Shown: positions 39,130 to 52,090 of the stretch, one piece after another | Layout of the letters: each line of letters opens with the position of its first letter | Position numbering within the stretch: position 1 is the first letter of the stretch | Source of the DNA: Octopus sinensis | Taxonomy: Eukaryota | Direction: 5' to 3' | Length of the DNA: 64,000 nt | NCBI RefSeq assembly: GCF_006345805.1 | Contig: NC_043023.1 | Span: 1-64,000 of the forward strand | Position numbers and translations under genes: made by a program | Notes under the pieces: generated by a model | What the model saw: the letters and a program-made list of their open reading frames with translations, nothing else | Database searches by the model: none | What the model was told of the DNA's origin: nothing

Positions 39130-39960
39130 AAAACAAATTTGCGATTCATAAAACAAAGTGAAAAATTTTAAAAACCATTATAACTAATCAAACACCTTAA
39201 GCAAAAGGCAAACCACATAACCTAAAGAAATTATTAACAAAGGTAAGATTCAACATGAACAAACAGGATAACACATTCACAGTATCCAAGTGCAATGATA
39301 ACAGATGTGGAATGTGTCACTACATGCATATGGGTTGATCCATTAGAACAAAAAATGGACAGATTTTCACAAATGCAGATATGAACTGCAGAAGTAGAAA
39401 TTTGATCTACTGCATTAAATGTCCGAATTGTGAGGAATTATATATAGGCGAGACAGGGAGTGCATAATCGGAACGCTCACAAGTTCACAGACAACAAATC
39501 CAGAACACCAATGTTTGCCAAATTCCATTGAGCGAATGTATAGAGACATGTGGTCAGAAAACGTTTCTAATTTTTCCTTTCCACAAACTACATGACCCAA
39601 GTGAGGTTGGAAGAAAGATAAAAGAAAAACGGTTTATTAAAATGTTCAAACCTGTTCTGAACGGAAATAACAGCAATTATATAACAGCCAGTTATTGAGG
39701 TGGATTAAAAAATATAAACAAGTTGCAGAATATCAGTACGGCTGGCAGACTGTGATGTTTAAGAGCTTACGGATTGATCAAAAAAGTATTCGAAAAATTT
39801 GTCTGGTTGGAGCGTTCTAAGAGATACTAAAGTTATCAAGGACTGAACTGTCAGTTAAACACATTTGAAATCTGATGAGTTCACTGTGTATGAAAGCGCT
39901 AATTTTGTTAAAATACCATAAAAAAACGTGAAAACCAAACTGTTTTAACTTTATTCAACT
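39130..39960 (+). mobile_element. Penelope-like element 3' portion: Cys-rich linker, GIY-YIG endonuclease pseudogene and 3' region with HHR
   Basis: My translation of ~39205-39698: NLKKLLTKVRF...KCNDNRCGMC...MNCRSRNLIYCIKCPNCEELYIGETG..ER..VHRQQI...RKIKEKRFIKMFKPVLN, with in-frame stops. Confidence 0.88.
39867..39906 (+). ncRNA. Minimal hammerhead downstream of the PLE endonuclease
   Basis: gaaat CTGATGA gttcactgtgtat GAAA gcgc TA atttt; palindromic AGCGCT stem III; stem II weak. Confidence 0.7.
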
Positions 39961-41374
39961 TATGTGTGTGTGTTTGTATGTATATATGTGTGTATATATG
40001 TTATAACACACACACACACACATATATATATATGTGTATGTATGTGTGTGTGTGTGTGCAATTTGTGTGCGCAGTGTTTTGCGTACTTGTTTAAGTTAGA
40101 TGCTTGGGATTCGAGTCGTCTAAGTGTTTATCCAGCACATCTAGCCATGTATCGCAGCTTCAGTGCAAAGCCCGGCCGGTGTGTGGCGCGAACATGGTCA
40201 TAATAAGCCAGAATGTGAAAACTGTTCGAAAGAATAGCCATACCGAATCATCATGCGTGCTAACAAGAGACGCGTTCACATCTTAGGCAGAATTCCGTTC
40301 AAAAAATATATTGTAGTTTCCACCCAGTGCCGATACAACCATCAATGGGCTTCCAGACAGTCATGTGTGAGAGCACGAAGATGCATTTCCCAGGATCCCG
40401 AAGTAGGAACAACCCTCAGTGATTTGGAATTTACATGTAAAAAGCAGGAATTTGTGGAGGGGTGGGGGCAAACGCTACCGGTTCGCGTGAGAGTATATGT
40501 TGTTTATATCTGGCTTTGAATAGTCCGATGATTGTACAGCAAAAATACTTTTCGATCAGTCTCTCTCTGATACTATCGTCTTTTAAATTACGCGGCCTTT
40601 CAAGTAGGTTCCATTTATCAAGCTTGTTCTTATGTACTTAGAGAAAAATTGTATTCACTCTATATAAATATAAAGCGAAAACTGCCGGAGTAAAAACCAA
40701 ACAAATAAATAAAATAAGAAACCAATAAAATTACGGATGACTGAACAAATGACAATAAACAAAGTTAAAACAATTTAAAACAAAACCAGAAACCAATCAA
40801 CCAGACAAAACCTTACTGCAAGCAACACGAGAACAACCAATAAAATCAAGAGGTGTAAATCGAAGAACAAAGATATAAAAGAACAAAAGTCTCAGTTAAT
40901 AGCAGTTCTCACCTGATGATTGCTGTAGCGTGAAACTCCGGTCACGAGAAAGGTATTCAGCTTTAAATAAACCATGTATAGAGTGCTTGCTTCATCCGTC
41001 ACAAATATCTTTAGAACATACATAAATATGTATAAGTGCACACATACACACACATATATACATACATACATACACACACATTCACACACACACATATATA
41101 TATATATAAATAATATGTGATACACACACACACACAAATAGGGACGAGGTATATCTAAACTAGCAACAGAAAAATATAACTGAAAGTATTTCTTCGGGTC
41201 AGGAGAAACCTGTTGATCTCTATCCTGACGTAATAAAACTGAGAAGTAAAGAAACGGATATACTGATATGCTACTTTTGAAATTGCGGGGAACTATTAGA
41301 GGGGTCATTAAGAAAGGATCCGATTACACTGCTTTCTCGGATAGTGACATCTCCCTCCTTCTTTCTCCACAGAC

Positions 41375-42340
41375 ATGGCTTTATACAGGGTGGTGTGTAT
41401 AATGTACATGGCCTGAAGTCATCTTGGAAGCAAGGTCCTTTGTTCAATGACCTCAGTCCCGAGACATAGATGCGGTAGCTATTAGCAAAGACAAGCGCTC
41501 GGGAGTGTACGCTCTCAACGACTGTGAGATATTCTCATACCGTGATCTACCATACTCAAGTAGTGGGTTGGCAGTGTTATTGCGCTAATCCTTAGATCTC
41601 AAGTCACGGACAACCATGCTAGATCCGGATAGTAATTCGATGGTCCTAAACATATATGAATGACAGTGAAGACGACGCCTTCAGACTATGCCTTGACAGT
41701 TGTAGGAAGGCACAATATCTTTGGAAATCTAGAAGCTTTCTTGGAGACTTCCATATCACGACTATTACTGAGGGTTGAAACTATTTTACACGCGCGGCGG
41801 GGGTGGGGCTGTGTGGAGCTATTGTATAGGGGGAAAGAATTGCAAACAACTCGAAAACCTGCTCTAAAAATTCCAACTGTCCAACTGCTACCAACTGGAT
41901 TTCCCTTAAGTGCTGAGTGGAAATGGAAAAATCGCAGTGGAACATTTAGATCGCATCTTGATAGAGTGTTGCCAGACCATCGAATACGGATGTTGAAGGA
42001 TTTCCACGCTTCATACTGGTCGGCTACACAAACCACAAATTTTTATCTGCTCCGTCAACTTAGGGAGGACCATAGACTGGAACCCAGCAGCTGGTGGTTG
42101 AACGTGTTCCTTACGGTACGCAAAGACTACGGGGACCACATTAGTGAATTAGTTAAAGGACAGTTGACGGAAGCAATCGTCAACAACCTGTGGTGGAATA
42201 CCCCAAAGAGAATGCTTAGGTTAGAATCGATAGCATTTAGCAAAGAACTAAAGATAGAGAACTGAATTAGACTGGGAACAAGAAAAGGTTATTTATAAAA
42301 ATATTGCGAACGGCGTCCCAGAGGCGAGAATCTGTAGTGT
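41375..42340 (+). mobile_element. Decayed Tx1/L1-clade APE endonuclease region
   Basis: NVHGLKSSWKQG; SGLAVLLR; WKWKNRSGTFRSHLDRVL; WLNVFL; NNLWW; same type as 1510-2965. Confidence 0.75.
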
Positions 42341-42372
42341 GAATGCATGTATTTTGTCTGAAGGTTCTAGAA

Positions 42373-42722
42373 TAGGGGTTCTCAACCATTTTTTTATCTA
42401 CGGACCCCTTCGATTACTATTTTATTTTGGTGGACCCACCCCTAGCCATTCTGTGTTTAAAGACTAGTTTTATAGAAACTTCATTCAAAATTCCCTATTT
42501 TGTTTTCCACGCATTAATTTGTCTCGGTTGAACTCTGTAAAATGTTAGAGACAGAAACTTAGCTGTTTGTTGCAATACGTACCAATATATACATCTGAAG
42601 CAAAAATGTTTTCATGGACCCTTAAAATACTACTGTAGATCCCCAATTTACTATTTTGTAGCGTGGACCCGCCAAAATCTTATATGGACCTTCAGGAGCT
42701 ACATGAGCTCTGAGAACCACTG
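42373..42722 (+). mobile_element. hAT (Charlie-like) MITE
   Basis: TIRs taggggttctca / tgagaaccactg; 8-bp TSD ttctagaa / ctctagaa. Confidence 0.85.
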
Positions 42723-44140
42723 CTCTAGAACATTTCCCAACAAGGGTTATAAATAGATATGATTTTGAGCGCCATTTCACAGAGCGTTGTAGATATCGGA
42801 CCGGAATGATTGTCTCTGCTCTTTTAATGACTGCATGTTCAACTGTGATGCAACTGTCGTGGCAGACAACAAGCGGCGCATGTTTACATATATTCCTTGT
42901 GTCTAATCCAGCTACAGCGGTAAATTTTGATTGGCAACTATTTCGTATATTGCATTATATTTCTTTCCTTTTGCTGACTCTACGTGTATAGTTGCAATAC
43001 GTGACCAACTTCATATGGCTTGTGCCTCCTCCTCCTCCTCCTCCTCATCATCATCCTGTAACGTCCGTTTCCCATGCTGGTATGGATTGGATGGTTTGAC
43101 AGGAGCTGGCCGGGAGCTGCACCGAGTTCCTTAGTTCGTTTCGGCTTAATTTCTACAGCTGGATGCCCTGCACAACGCCAACCACTGCACAAAGTGTCCT
43201 GGGTGTTTTTTTTATATGTGGCACCAGCACCAGTGCTTTTTACATGCCATCACCACCAGTGCCTTTTACGTGGCACCAGAACTAGTGTTTTTTACATGGC
43301 AACAGTACTCCTGCCAATGCTTTTTATGTAGCATCATGTAAAGCTGTATGCTTGGTGTTGTTAAACCATTTCACGCAGCATCCGCAAACCAGCCAACAAC
43401 TCATCCTAGCAACATTGGTACAATACCAGCTACTATTCTATCGATTTCAGTGCTTGACTGATATTTTATCAAAGTATGAAAGTAATGCTGTCGTCAGCGG
43501 GATTTGAATGTTATGAAGCAGAACATCTCCCACGAGTCATTCTCTACACTACTCAAACAACTCAGCCAACCCACCACCTTTCACGCGTGGAGTGAAGGCG
43601 CCTGGCTTAGTGGTTAGGACATTCGGCTCACGATCATAAGATCATGGGTTCGATTCCAAGCGACGTGTTATGCTTTTGAGCAAGGTCGTATCTGTATTTC
43701 AGCCCTATCACATTCTGTATCACGCTGAATCACCCTGAAAACTACGTTAATGGTACACGGGAATCAACTAGAACACTCGTCGTCGGAACTGACATTGCGC
43801 CAGTTTTTTTTTTCTTTTCTTTTCTTTCTTTTTTGTCAGCAGAAATGCTAAGCTTTAAATGTTAGAGGAGAAGGATAGGTAATTATATCAACACCATTTG
43901 TACTTTATTTTTCTCGATCCGGAAAGAGCGAAAGGCCAAGTTGATTTCGGCGAGATTTGAACTCAGTGTTAAGAACTGGAAGAAATACGGCAAAGCTTGT
44001 AATTTAACGAGGGAATCTTAATGTCACTTAGGTTAGAGGCGGGGTAACTAAATGGACAGAAAAGTTGAAACTCAAGGGAGATAATACAGAAAAAAGACAA
44101 TTCAGTTTTCTACAAATTCTCTATGACCCCCTCTCTCCTT

Positions 44141-44178
<38 letters not shown>

Positions 44179-44807
44179 TCTCTTCCACTCTCTGTATTTG
44201 TACGTGTGTGTAAGCGAACGAGAATGAAAAATGGATAATCTGACAGAACCATAAAAAAACTCGACTTAATAGAAAGTATAATATCTCTACCATTAACATA
44301 TTTGCCGTGTCAGCGATAACGTATCGGACTGGAACCTAACAGACATATTCTCCAGACTGTAATATGAGAAGAAATCTACCACAAAAAGCACCATATATTG
44401 CGCAATATGTCTGTTACCTTCCAAATAGAGTACAGCCCTAAAAGAAATGGTTGTAGAGAAGTAACGAGCGTCGGGGAACTACGTGAGATGACAGTTATTG
44501 ATGTTGCTTTCTTGCTTTCCATTTTCTAACAAGAATCTGTAATGTGCCTTTATTGTTTTTCTTGTGTTTACCAAAGATGTTCCCCTAATCTCATGGTTCG
44601 GGTCCAGCTCCACCGTGAGGCACTCTGGACAAGTGTCTTCTGCTATAACCCCAAGCTGACTTGTGAGTAGATTTGGTAGGCAGAAACCGAAAGAAGCCCG
44701 TCGTATATATTCATACTTACATACATGCTTAAATGCATACACACGCACGCACACATGCCTACACACAACGCATTTCTATTCCTTGTTAAGCTAAGAAGCG
44801 GTGCATG

Positions 44808-44841
<34 letters not shown>

Positions 44842-44845
44842 TATA

Positions 44846-45090
44846 GGCGCAGGAGTGGCTGTGTGGTAGGTAGCTTGCTTACCAACCACATGGCTCCGGG
44901 TTCAGTGTTCAGTCCCACTGTGTGGCACCTTGGGTAAGTGTCTTCTACTATAGCCTCGGGCCGACCAAAGCCTTGTGAGTGGATTTGGTAGATGGAAACT
45001 GAAAGAAGCCCGTGGTATATATATATATATAATATATATTTGTGTGTGTCTGTGTTTGTCTTCCCGCCATCGCTTGACAACCGATGCAGA
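44846..45090 (+). mobile_element. SINE family A, 3'-truncated
   Basis: Match to family A head and body. Confidence 0.8.
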
Positions 45091-45244
45091 TCCGGCAAAC
45101 ATCACTGTACATACCCGGATCTACATAAACTCACATTTCTGACGAGGCGCCGTTGAGACTGAAATATATAAGGATTACTAAACGTTCCCTTTTTGTATTG
45201 TATAATTGAAGCTCTCTGCCTTCATTGTTTTGTTATCATTAGAG

Positions 45245-45595
45245 TAAAAGGGTAAAAGGTAAAGACCCCCTTCGGTCATGAATGACCAGAATTAGCCCCT
45301 AGAAAGTTCCCTTCCAAAGCACAAGTCCGGGCAAAGTTGTTTATGGAAAACCAGCAGTCGCCCATGCATACCAGCCTCCTCTCTCATGCCACCGATAGCA
45401 TCCAAGGGAAAGGCAAAGGCCGATACAGCTTGGCACCAATGACGTCCCAGCTTATTTCTACAGCTGAGTATACTGGAGCAACATGAAATGAAGCGTCTTG
45501 CTCAAGAACACAGTACACAGCCTGGTTCGGGAATCAAACTCATTACCTCGTGATTGTGAACCCGATGCTCTTACCACTGAGCCATGCGCCTTCAC
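45245..45595 (-). mobile_element. tRNA-headed SINE with (ccttta)n-type tail
   Basis: ggcgcatggctcagtggtaagagc...gagtttgattccc...ttcttgagcaagac; tail tctttaccttttaccc; related head at 59380-59240. Confidence 0.7.
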
Positions 45596-45729
45596 TATGT
45601 GTTTTGATTAATATATGTTTATTGTCTGTCATGTTTGATGACTTCTTGAAGTTCTTTATAGAATTTTTCAATGTCATAATGCGTTGCAGAGGCATAAACA
45701 TCTGCCCCACTCTTCCTTTTCTTTATTCC

Positions 45730-46734
45730 TTTATTCTTTTACTTGTTTCAGTCACTTGACTGCGGCCATGCTGGAGCACCGCCTTTAGTCGAGCAGATCG
45801 ACACCAGAGCTTATTCTCTGTAAGCCTAGTACTTATTCTATCGGTCTCTTAAGCCGAACCGCTAAGTTATGGGGACATAAACACACCAGCATCGGTTGTC
45901 AAGCGATGTTGGGGGGGGACAAACACAGACACATAAGCATACACACACACACATACACATATATATATATACACACGACGGGCTTCTTCCAGTTTCCGTA
46001 TACCAAATCCACTCACAAGGCTTTGGTTGGCCCAAGGCTATAGTAGAAGACACTTGCCCAAGATGCCACGCAGTAGGACTGAACCCATGACCATGTGGTT
46101 GGTAAGCAAGCTACTTACTACACAACCACTCCTGCGCCTTTGTTAACTATGACCGTATAATAAAACTTAAAAGTTGATAATGTCAAGGTTTTCACAAGAA
46201 ACTAGTTAAGATTTCAGGCAGCTAACGTTTCCACATGGCGCGGCAACAAGTACTAATATATTGATTTCAAATTTTGGCACAAGTCCAGTAAGTTCGAAAG
46301 AGATAGCAAATCGATTACATCGACCCCCAGTGATCAACTGCTGCTTATTTTATCGATCTTGAAAGGATAACAGGCAAAGATGACCTCAGCAGAATTTGGA
46401 TTCAGAACGTAAAGACGGTCGAAATACCATTAAGTATTTTGCCTGACGTGCAATAGCCATAAGGCGATCGACACAACTACTACCACCACTCGATGCTTCT
46501 AGTAGAAGCGTACACCATGTTCCTTGTTGAATAGAATGTTATTTGCAGAAACGAAAAAGAAAACAAACAGGCGCAGGAGTGGCTGTGTGTTAAGTAGCTT
46601 GTTTACCAACCACATGGTTCCGGGTTCAGTCCCACTGCGTGGCACCTTGGGCAACTGTCTTCTACTATAGCCTCGGGCCGACCAAAGCCTTGTGAGTGGA
46701 TTTGGTAGACGGAAACTGAAAGAAGCCCGTCGTA

Positions 46735-46780
<46 letters not shown>

Positions 46781-47167
46781 TGTGTGTGTTTTTGTGTCTG
46801 TGTTTGTCCCCCTAGCATTGCTTGACAACCGATGCTAGTGTGTTTATGTCCCCGTTACTTAGCGGTTCGGCAAAAGAGACCGATAGAATAAGTACTGGGT
46901 TTACAAAAGAATAAGTCCCGGGGTCGTTTTGCTCGATTAAAGGCGGTGCTCCAGCATGGCCGCAGTCAAATGACTGAAACAAGTAAAAGAGTAAAAGAGT
47001 ATATGAATATAGCGTGGCTATGTGGTAAGAACCTTGCTTCCCAACCACATGGTTCCGGATTCAGTCCCACTGCGTGGCACCTTGGGCAAGTGTCTTCTAC
47101 TATAGTACCAGACCGACCAAATCCTTGCGAGTGGATGTGGTAGACAGAAACTGAAAGAAGCCCATCG

Positions 47168-47198
<31 letters not shown>

Positions 47199-47232
47199 AT
47201 GTATTTATGTATGTATATATAATATATATATG

Positions 47233-47307
<75 letters not shown>

Positions 47308-47356
47308 ATATACATATACATAAACAATATATATACATATACATATATATATATAC

Positions 47357-47407
<51 letters not shown>

Positions 47408-47511
47408 ATATAATATATAATATACATATATATATATATATATATATACATATATAATATATATATGCATACATATATATATGTATATATATATATATGT
47501 GTGTGTGTATA

Positions 47512-47557
<46 letters not shown>

Positions 47558-47770
47558 GTGTGTCTGTGTTTATCCTCCCGCCATCGCTGGACAACCGATG
47601 GTAGTGTGTTTATGTCCCCATAACATTAACGGTTCGGTAAAAGAGACCGATAGAATAAGTACTAGGCTTACAAAGAATAAGTCCTGGAGTCAATTTCATT
47701 GACAAAAAATCCCTTTAAGACGGTGCTCCAGCATGACCGCAGTCTAATGACTGAAAACAAGTAAAAGAAA
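45730..47770. mobile_element. Cluster of three family A SINEs (45730-46138 minus; 46570-47000 plus; 47011-47770 plus with expanded internal (TA)n)
   Basis: Direct matches to family A; further copies at 52217-52560 (+) and 59470-59876 (-). Confidence 0.85.
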
Positions 47771-47919
47771 ACAAATAAACTTGGCTCGTGCCAAATCGTT
47801 CGTCCGACTACCTGCCACAGACCCACTATGTCAGATGGAAGCTGTGTAACCAGCTCCATGTGTACTAGGACTCGAAACAGTACTCAATCATTGAATTAAA
47901 GACGATATAATACTGAAAT

Positions 47920-48204
47920 GTGGAGGCGCAATGGCCCAGTGGTTAGGGCAGCGGACTCGCGGTCGCAGGATCACGGTTTCGATTCGCAGACCGAGCGTTG
48001 TGAGTGTTTATTGAGCTAAAACACCTAAAAGCTCCACCACTCTCCGGCAGGAGGTGGTGATCCCTGCCGTACTCTTTCACCGCTCTTTCTTCTGTTGGCC
48101 TGCTCGCTTAGCCAGCGGGGTGGCGTCATTCGAAGGCTAAAACAATGCGAACGCATTGTGACCAGCGATGTGTAACAACATCTGATGGTATGGTCGGTCA
48201 CGTG
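47920..48204 (+). mobile_element. tRNA-headed SINE, family D, 13-bp TSD (second copy 60289-60575)
   Basis: ggaggcgcaatggcccagtggttaggg...ggtttcgattc; TSD ataatactgaaat at 47907-47919 and 48205-48217. Confidence 0.85.
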
Positions 48205-48729
48205 ATAATACTGAAATAATGTTTTTTGTCGAATCATGTATAATATAAACACGTTTCAGAAAATAACATTATTAACTATGGAATTTATGGCTGATGAAGT
48301 GTCTGACATCTCATTCAAAATGAGACACAACTACTTCTGTAAAGACACAGAGTGGCTACCACATGGATATATACGCGTTCCATAAAATAGTAATATTATC
48401 ATAAATAGAAATATAGATATTATGGCAGTTAAAGAATGTCTGGTACTTCATTTAGAATTACACACGACCCCATCTGTGAAGCCATTGAGGGATTATCTCT
48501 AATGATGGACAGATGTACATTCCAGAAAATAGCAATACCGTTGTCTGTAAATAATTATAAGGTATTATCACTCAATTTTTGTTGACACCGAAGAATTTTT
48601 TTTCAAACGTATTACTGATTATTCTAAATTTTTTATGTAAGAAAGGAAACATTTGATGTACTGTCTCAAAACATGATAAATAAAAAACAAGAGGAGGAGG
48701 AACATGAAAGAAAAAGAAAAAGAAGGAAG

Positions 48730-48790
<61 letters not shown>

Positions 48791-48917
48791 GTTTCAAATT
48801 TTGCTACAAGCTCAGCAATTTTTGGGGAGTGGATGAGTCGATTACATCGACCCCGGTGTCCAATGAGTACTTATTTTATCGACCCCAAAAGAATGAAAGG
48901 CAAAGGCGACCTCGGCG

Positions 48918-48972
<55 letters not shown>

Positions 48973-48973
<1 letters not shown>

Positions 48974-50260
48974 GGAAAATACGCAAGCTGCTGAGTTGTA
49001 ATAGGATGCACCACCCAAAGGCAGACGCAGATCGCCTTTACCTTCCCAGAGCCCAAGGAGGTCGAGGCCTGATCCAATTTGAACTAGCTTACAAAACAAC
49101 CACAATTGGACTGGCCAAATATCTCGAAATATCGAATGACTGGATGCTAAAGCTCGTGGAAAATCACGAGAGACGAAAGAAGCTTCATCTATTATAAAGG
49201 AAAGCAAAAAATTGCTATTGATCTCGTGCAGGATACCAAACTGAACAACCCGAGGGAAGTACGGCAACTATTGTTGCAAAGAAGGTGAAAATGATGGCAA
49301 CGAAAAAAGCGCACGAGCAATTGGCTGATAGGTGGGAGGAGAAACCTCTGCACGGCAATATGTGACCCGCAGCAAACAAGCTGATGTTGACCAGAAGCAA
49401 ACCCATCAGTGGCTACGGAGCTCAGGGCTAAAAGCAGAGAGCGAAGGTTTCATCCTGGCTGCTCAAGATCAAAGCCTATTAACCCGGAACTACCAGGCCA
49501 ATGTGATGAAAAATGGAGCAGACCCAAAATGCCGATTCTGCAACGACATGATTGAAACAGTGGACCACCTAATCTCTGGATGTAAAGTCTTAGCACCTGT
49601 GGAGTATAAATTAAGACATGACAGAGTTGGCCAATATCTACACTGGCTAATAAGTCGGCATTACAATATCAAAACTGCCGACAAGTGGTATAATCACCAC
49701 CCTGAGGCTGTAACTGAAGGAGAAAATGTAACCATTCTGTGGGACTTTCCAGTACACACAGACCGAACCATCAAGGCCAATAAACCAGATATTGTTGTGA
49801 AAGACCAAAACAATAAAGTTTGCTTATTGATCGACATGAGCATCCCCTGTGATCATAATATCTCAACGAAAGAGTTGACAAGCTCAGAAAATATAAAGAC
49901 CTACTCATTGAAATTGAGAAAATGTGGCATCTCAAGGCGGTTACAATACCAGTGATCGTAGGAGCACTAGGAATGATCAAGAAGGGAACCGAAAATTATA
50001 TGAGAATGATCCCTGGCTTACCATCCCTGCAAGAAGTGCAAAAGATTGTCTTAACTGGTACATCACACGTATTGAGAAGAGCATTGTCGATGTGAGAACT
50101 GTTGCTGCTCATGTATTTTAATTAACTTAAAAAAAAAAAAAATGAACGAACTATTGAGTTTGGTTTAATGGCCTACCAATGTATACTATGAGTTTCTTTG
50201 CCCTAGGAGTCGGGAAGACACTCGGCAAGAAATGGAAGCAAATTTGAAAGAAGAAAAAAA

Positions 50261-50261
<1 letters not shown>
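48973..50261 (+). mobile_element. 5'-truncated R4/Dong-clade LINE inserted in (TAA)n
   Basis: HHPKADADRLYLPRAQGGRGL; CRFC..ETVDHLISGC zinc knuckle; RHD; KPDIVV..LLIDMSIP (PD-(D/E)xK RLE); a few frameshifts; (AAT)n on both sides. Confidence 0.92.
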
Positions 50262-50298
<37 letters not shown>

Positions 50299-51391
50299 TA
50301 TTATTATTATTATTATTATTATTTAAAATTTTTGCCACAAGAGCAGCTGGGAGGAGATGAGGACGAGTCGATTACATCGACCCCAGTGTTCAACTAACTT
50401 ATTTTATCGACCTCGAAAGGATGAAAGGCAAAGTCGACCTCGGCGGAATTTGAACTCGGAACGTAGCGACTGGCTAAATACCGCTATACATTTCGTCCAG
50501 CATGCTAACGATTCTTCCGGCTCGCTGCTTTAATAATAATAATAATAATAATAATGATAATAATAATAATAATAATAATAATACGAAGGAGAAGAAGAAG
50601 AAGAAGAAGAAGAAGAAGAAGAAGAAGAAGGTGCCCCAGTATGGCCGCAGTCTAATGACTGAAGCAAGTAAAAGGAAAAGATAAAAAAACGATATATACA
50701 CTCACACACACATACACATAAATATATACATAAGCATGTATGTGTATATACACACACACACACACGAATGTATGTATGGATGGATGGCATTTCTATATGC
50801 ATGTATAAATTCTATGTATCTTTTATCGAACTCGCGGTTACAGATACAATATGCGTGGGGTCAGGTGGGAAGGGCTCGGATTTTTTCTTTAGCGCTTATA
50901 TTTTATTAATCGGGGTAAAACAGGCATGCCGTGTACCTTAAGCATAAAAATTTAAGACAAGGTAACAGATACATTAGAAGACAGTATTAAGTGCACCTCA
51001 AGAACGATAATGTGATATGTGCATGAAGGTTTGTTTACTTATTTGTTACTGTCTAGTCAGTTAAAGAGGGGCAATCAGTGTTCCCTCGAAGCTGTATGCT
51101 TGTGTGCATGCATCTATAATACATTAAAAGTCAGGTTAAATCTTGCTTGCTTGCAATGTTATCCAGCCAAACTGGCGCATAATGGGAAAATACTATGAAT
51201 TAAGCCTACCCTGAAATGTTAATACGAACGGGATAAAACAAGTTTCGCGTAAATCGGACAAGTGGTTTTAAAGATATCAGAGGTCTTCGTGGAATAAATA
51301 CCCAAAACGGTGCACAATGTGGAAATATTCCGAAAATAGTCTTAATCCTGAAGGGAAGAAACTCTTATCTTTCAATTAGACAGTGATATGA

Positions 51392-51490
51392 CTGCTATTT
51401 CTAGAACACTCTGCTACCACGTAACAGCTATTTGTGATAAAGGACCCGAAATAGCTGTTACGTGGTAGCAGGGCGTGCAAGAAATAGCAG
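51392..51490. repeat. Inverted repeat, ~42-bp arms and ~15-nt loop
   Basis: ctgctaccacgtaacagctattt / aaatagctgttacgtggtagcag perfect core, plus outer ctgctatttct / agaaatagcag. Confidence 0.9.
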
Positions 51491-51499
51491 CCAAACCTT

Positions 51500-52090
51500 T
51501 TCTTTTCTGGAGAAAGGAACCGTTTACGCGTGATTTCGATGTCACATTTGTTGAAAGCATGCGAAATAACTTGGAAAAGAAAAAAACCCACGAAACAAAA
51601 CTCCGTTGTTGGGAAACTCAGAGTTTCCTGATGACCCAATCGGTCACAGGTAGTCTGGTACGTTTTATAATTCGGGAGACTATAAACGCACGCACAGTTT
51701 CCATGATGAAATCGAATTTTTTGAGTGAAGAATTTTGAGTGATGATTAATTTACTCGCATGATTGTACAAATGCTTTGCAAAGAAACATAAAATTTGCAC
51801 ACAAGCAAATGTTTACGAATACATACAGCCAAAAATTAAGAGACCATTTTCCATGATTCTCCGTTTTTCAACGGCACTTTGCCTTACGGGGGAGTCACCA
51901 GAGACTCTCCACATTATATTTTTAATATGCCTTGGGAGTCTGGTGATGCTCAGTGGTGATGCTTTTTTTATTGTTTTTTGTTTTATGGAGTTACCCACTA
52001 CTATGGTTCAAACTACATTGTTCGAATTTAAAGGAATGTACAGAACACGTTTCTTTATATCTCTCGAATGGTTTTTCGGTTTGAATTAAT
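51500..52090 (-). pseudogene. Possible heavily decayed piggyBac-like transposase C-terminus
   Basis: Weak resemblance only (PRHIKNIMWRV vs 'P..IK.YN..MGGVD'; NKCDIE near the end). Confidence 0.25.

Noticed and set aside
44250-44480. Possible further Dong-like RT scrap (INIFAVSAITY)
   Set aside because: Too short and decayed to support
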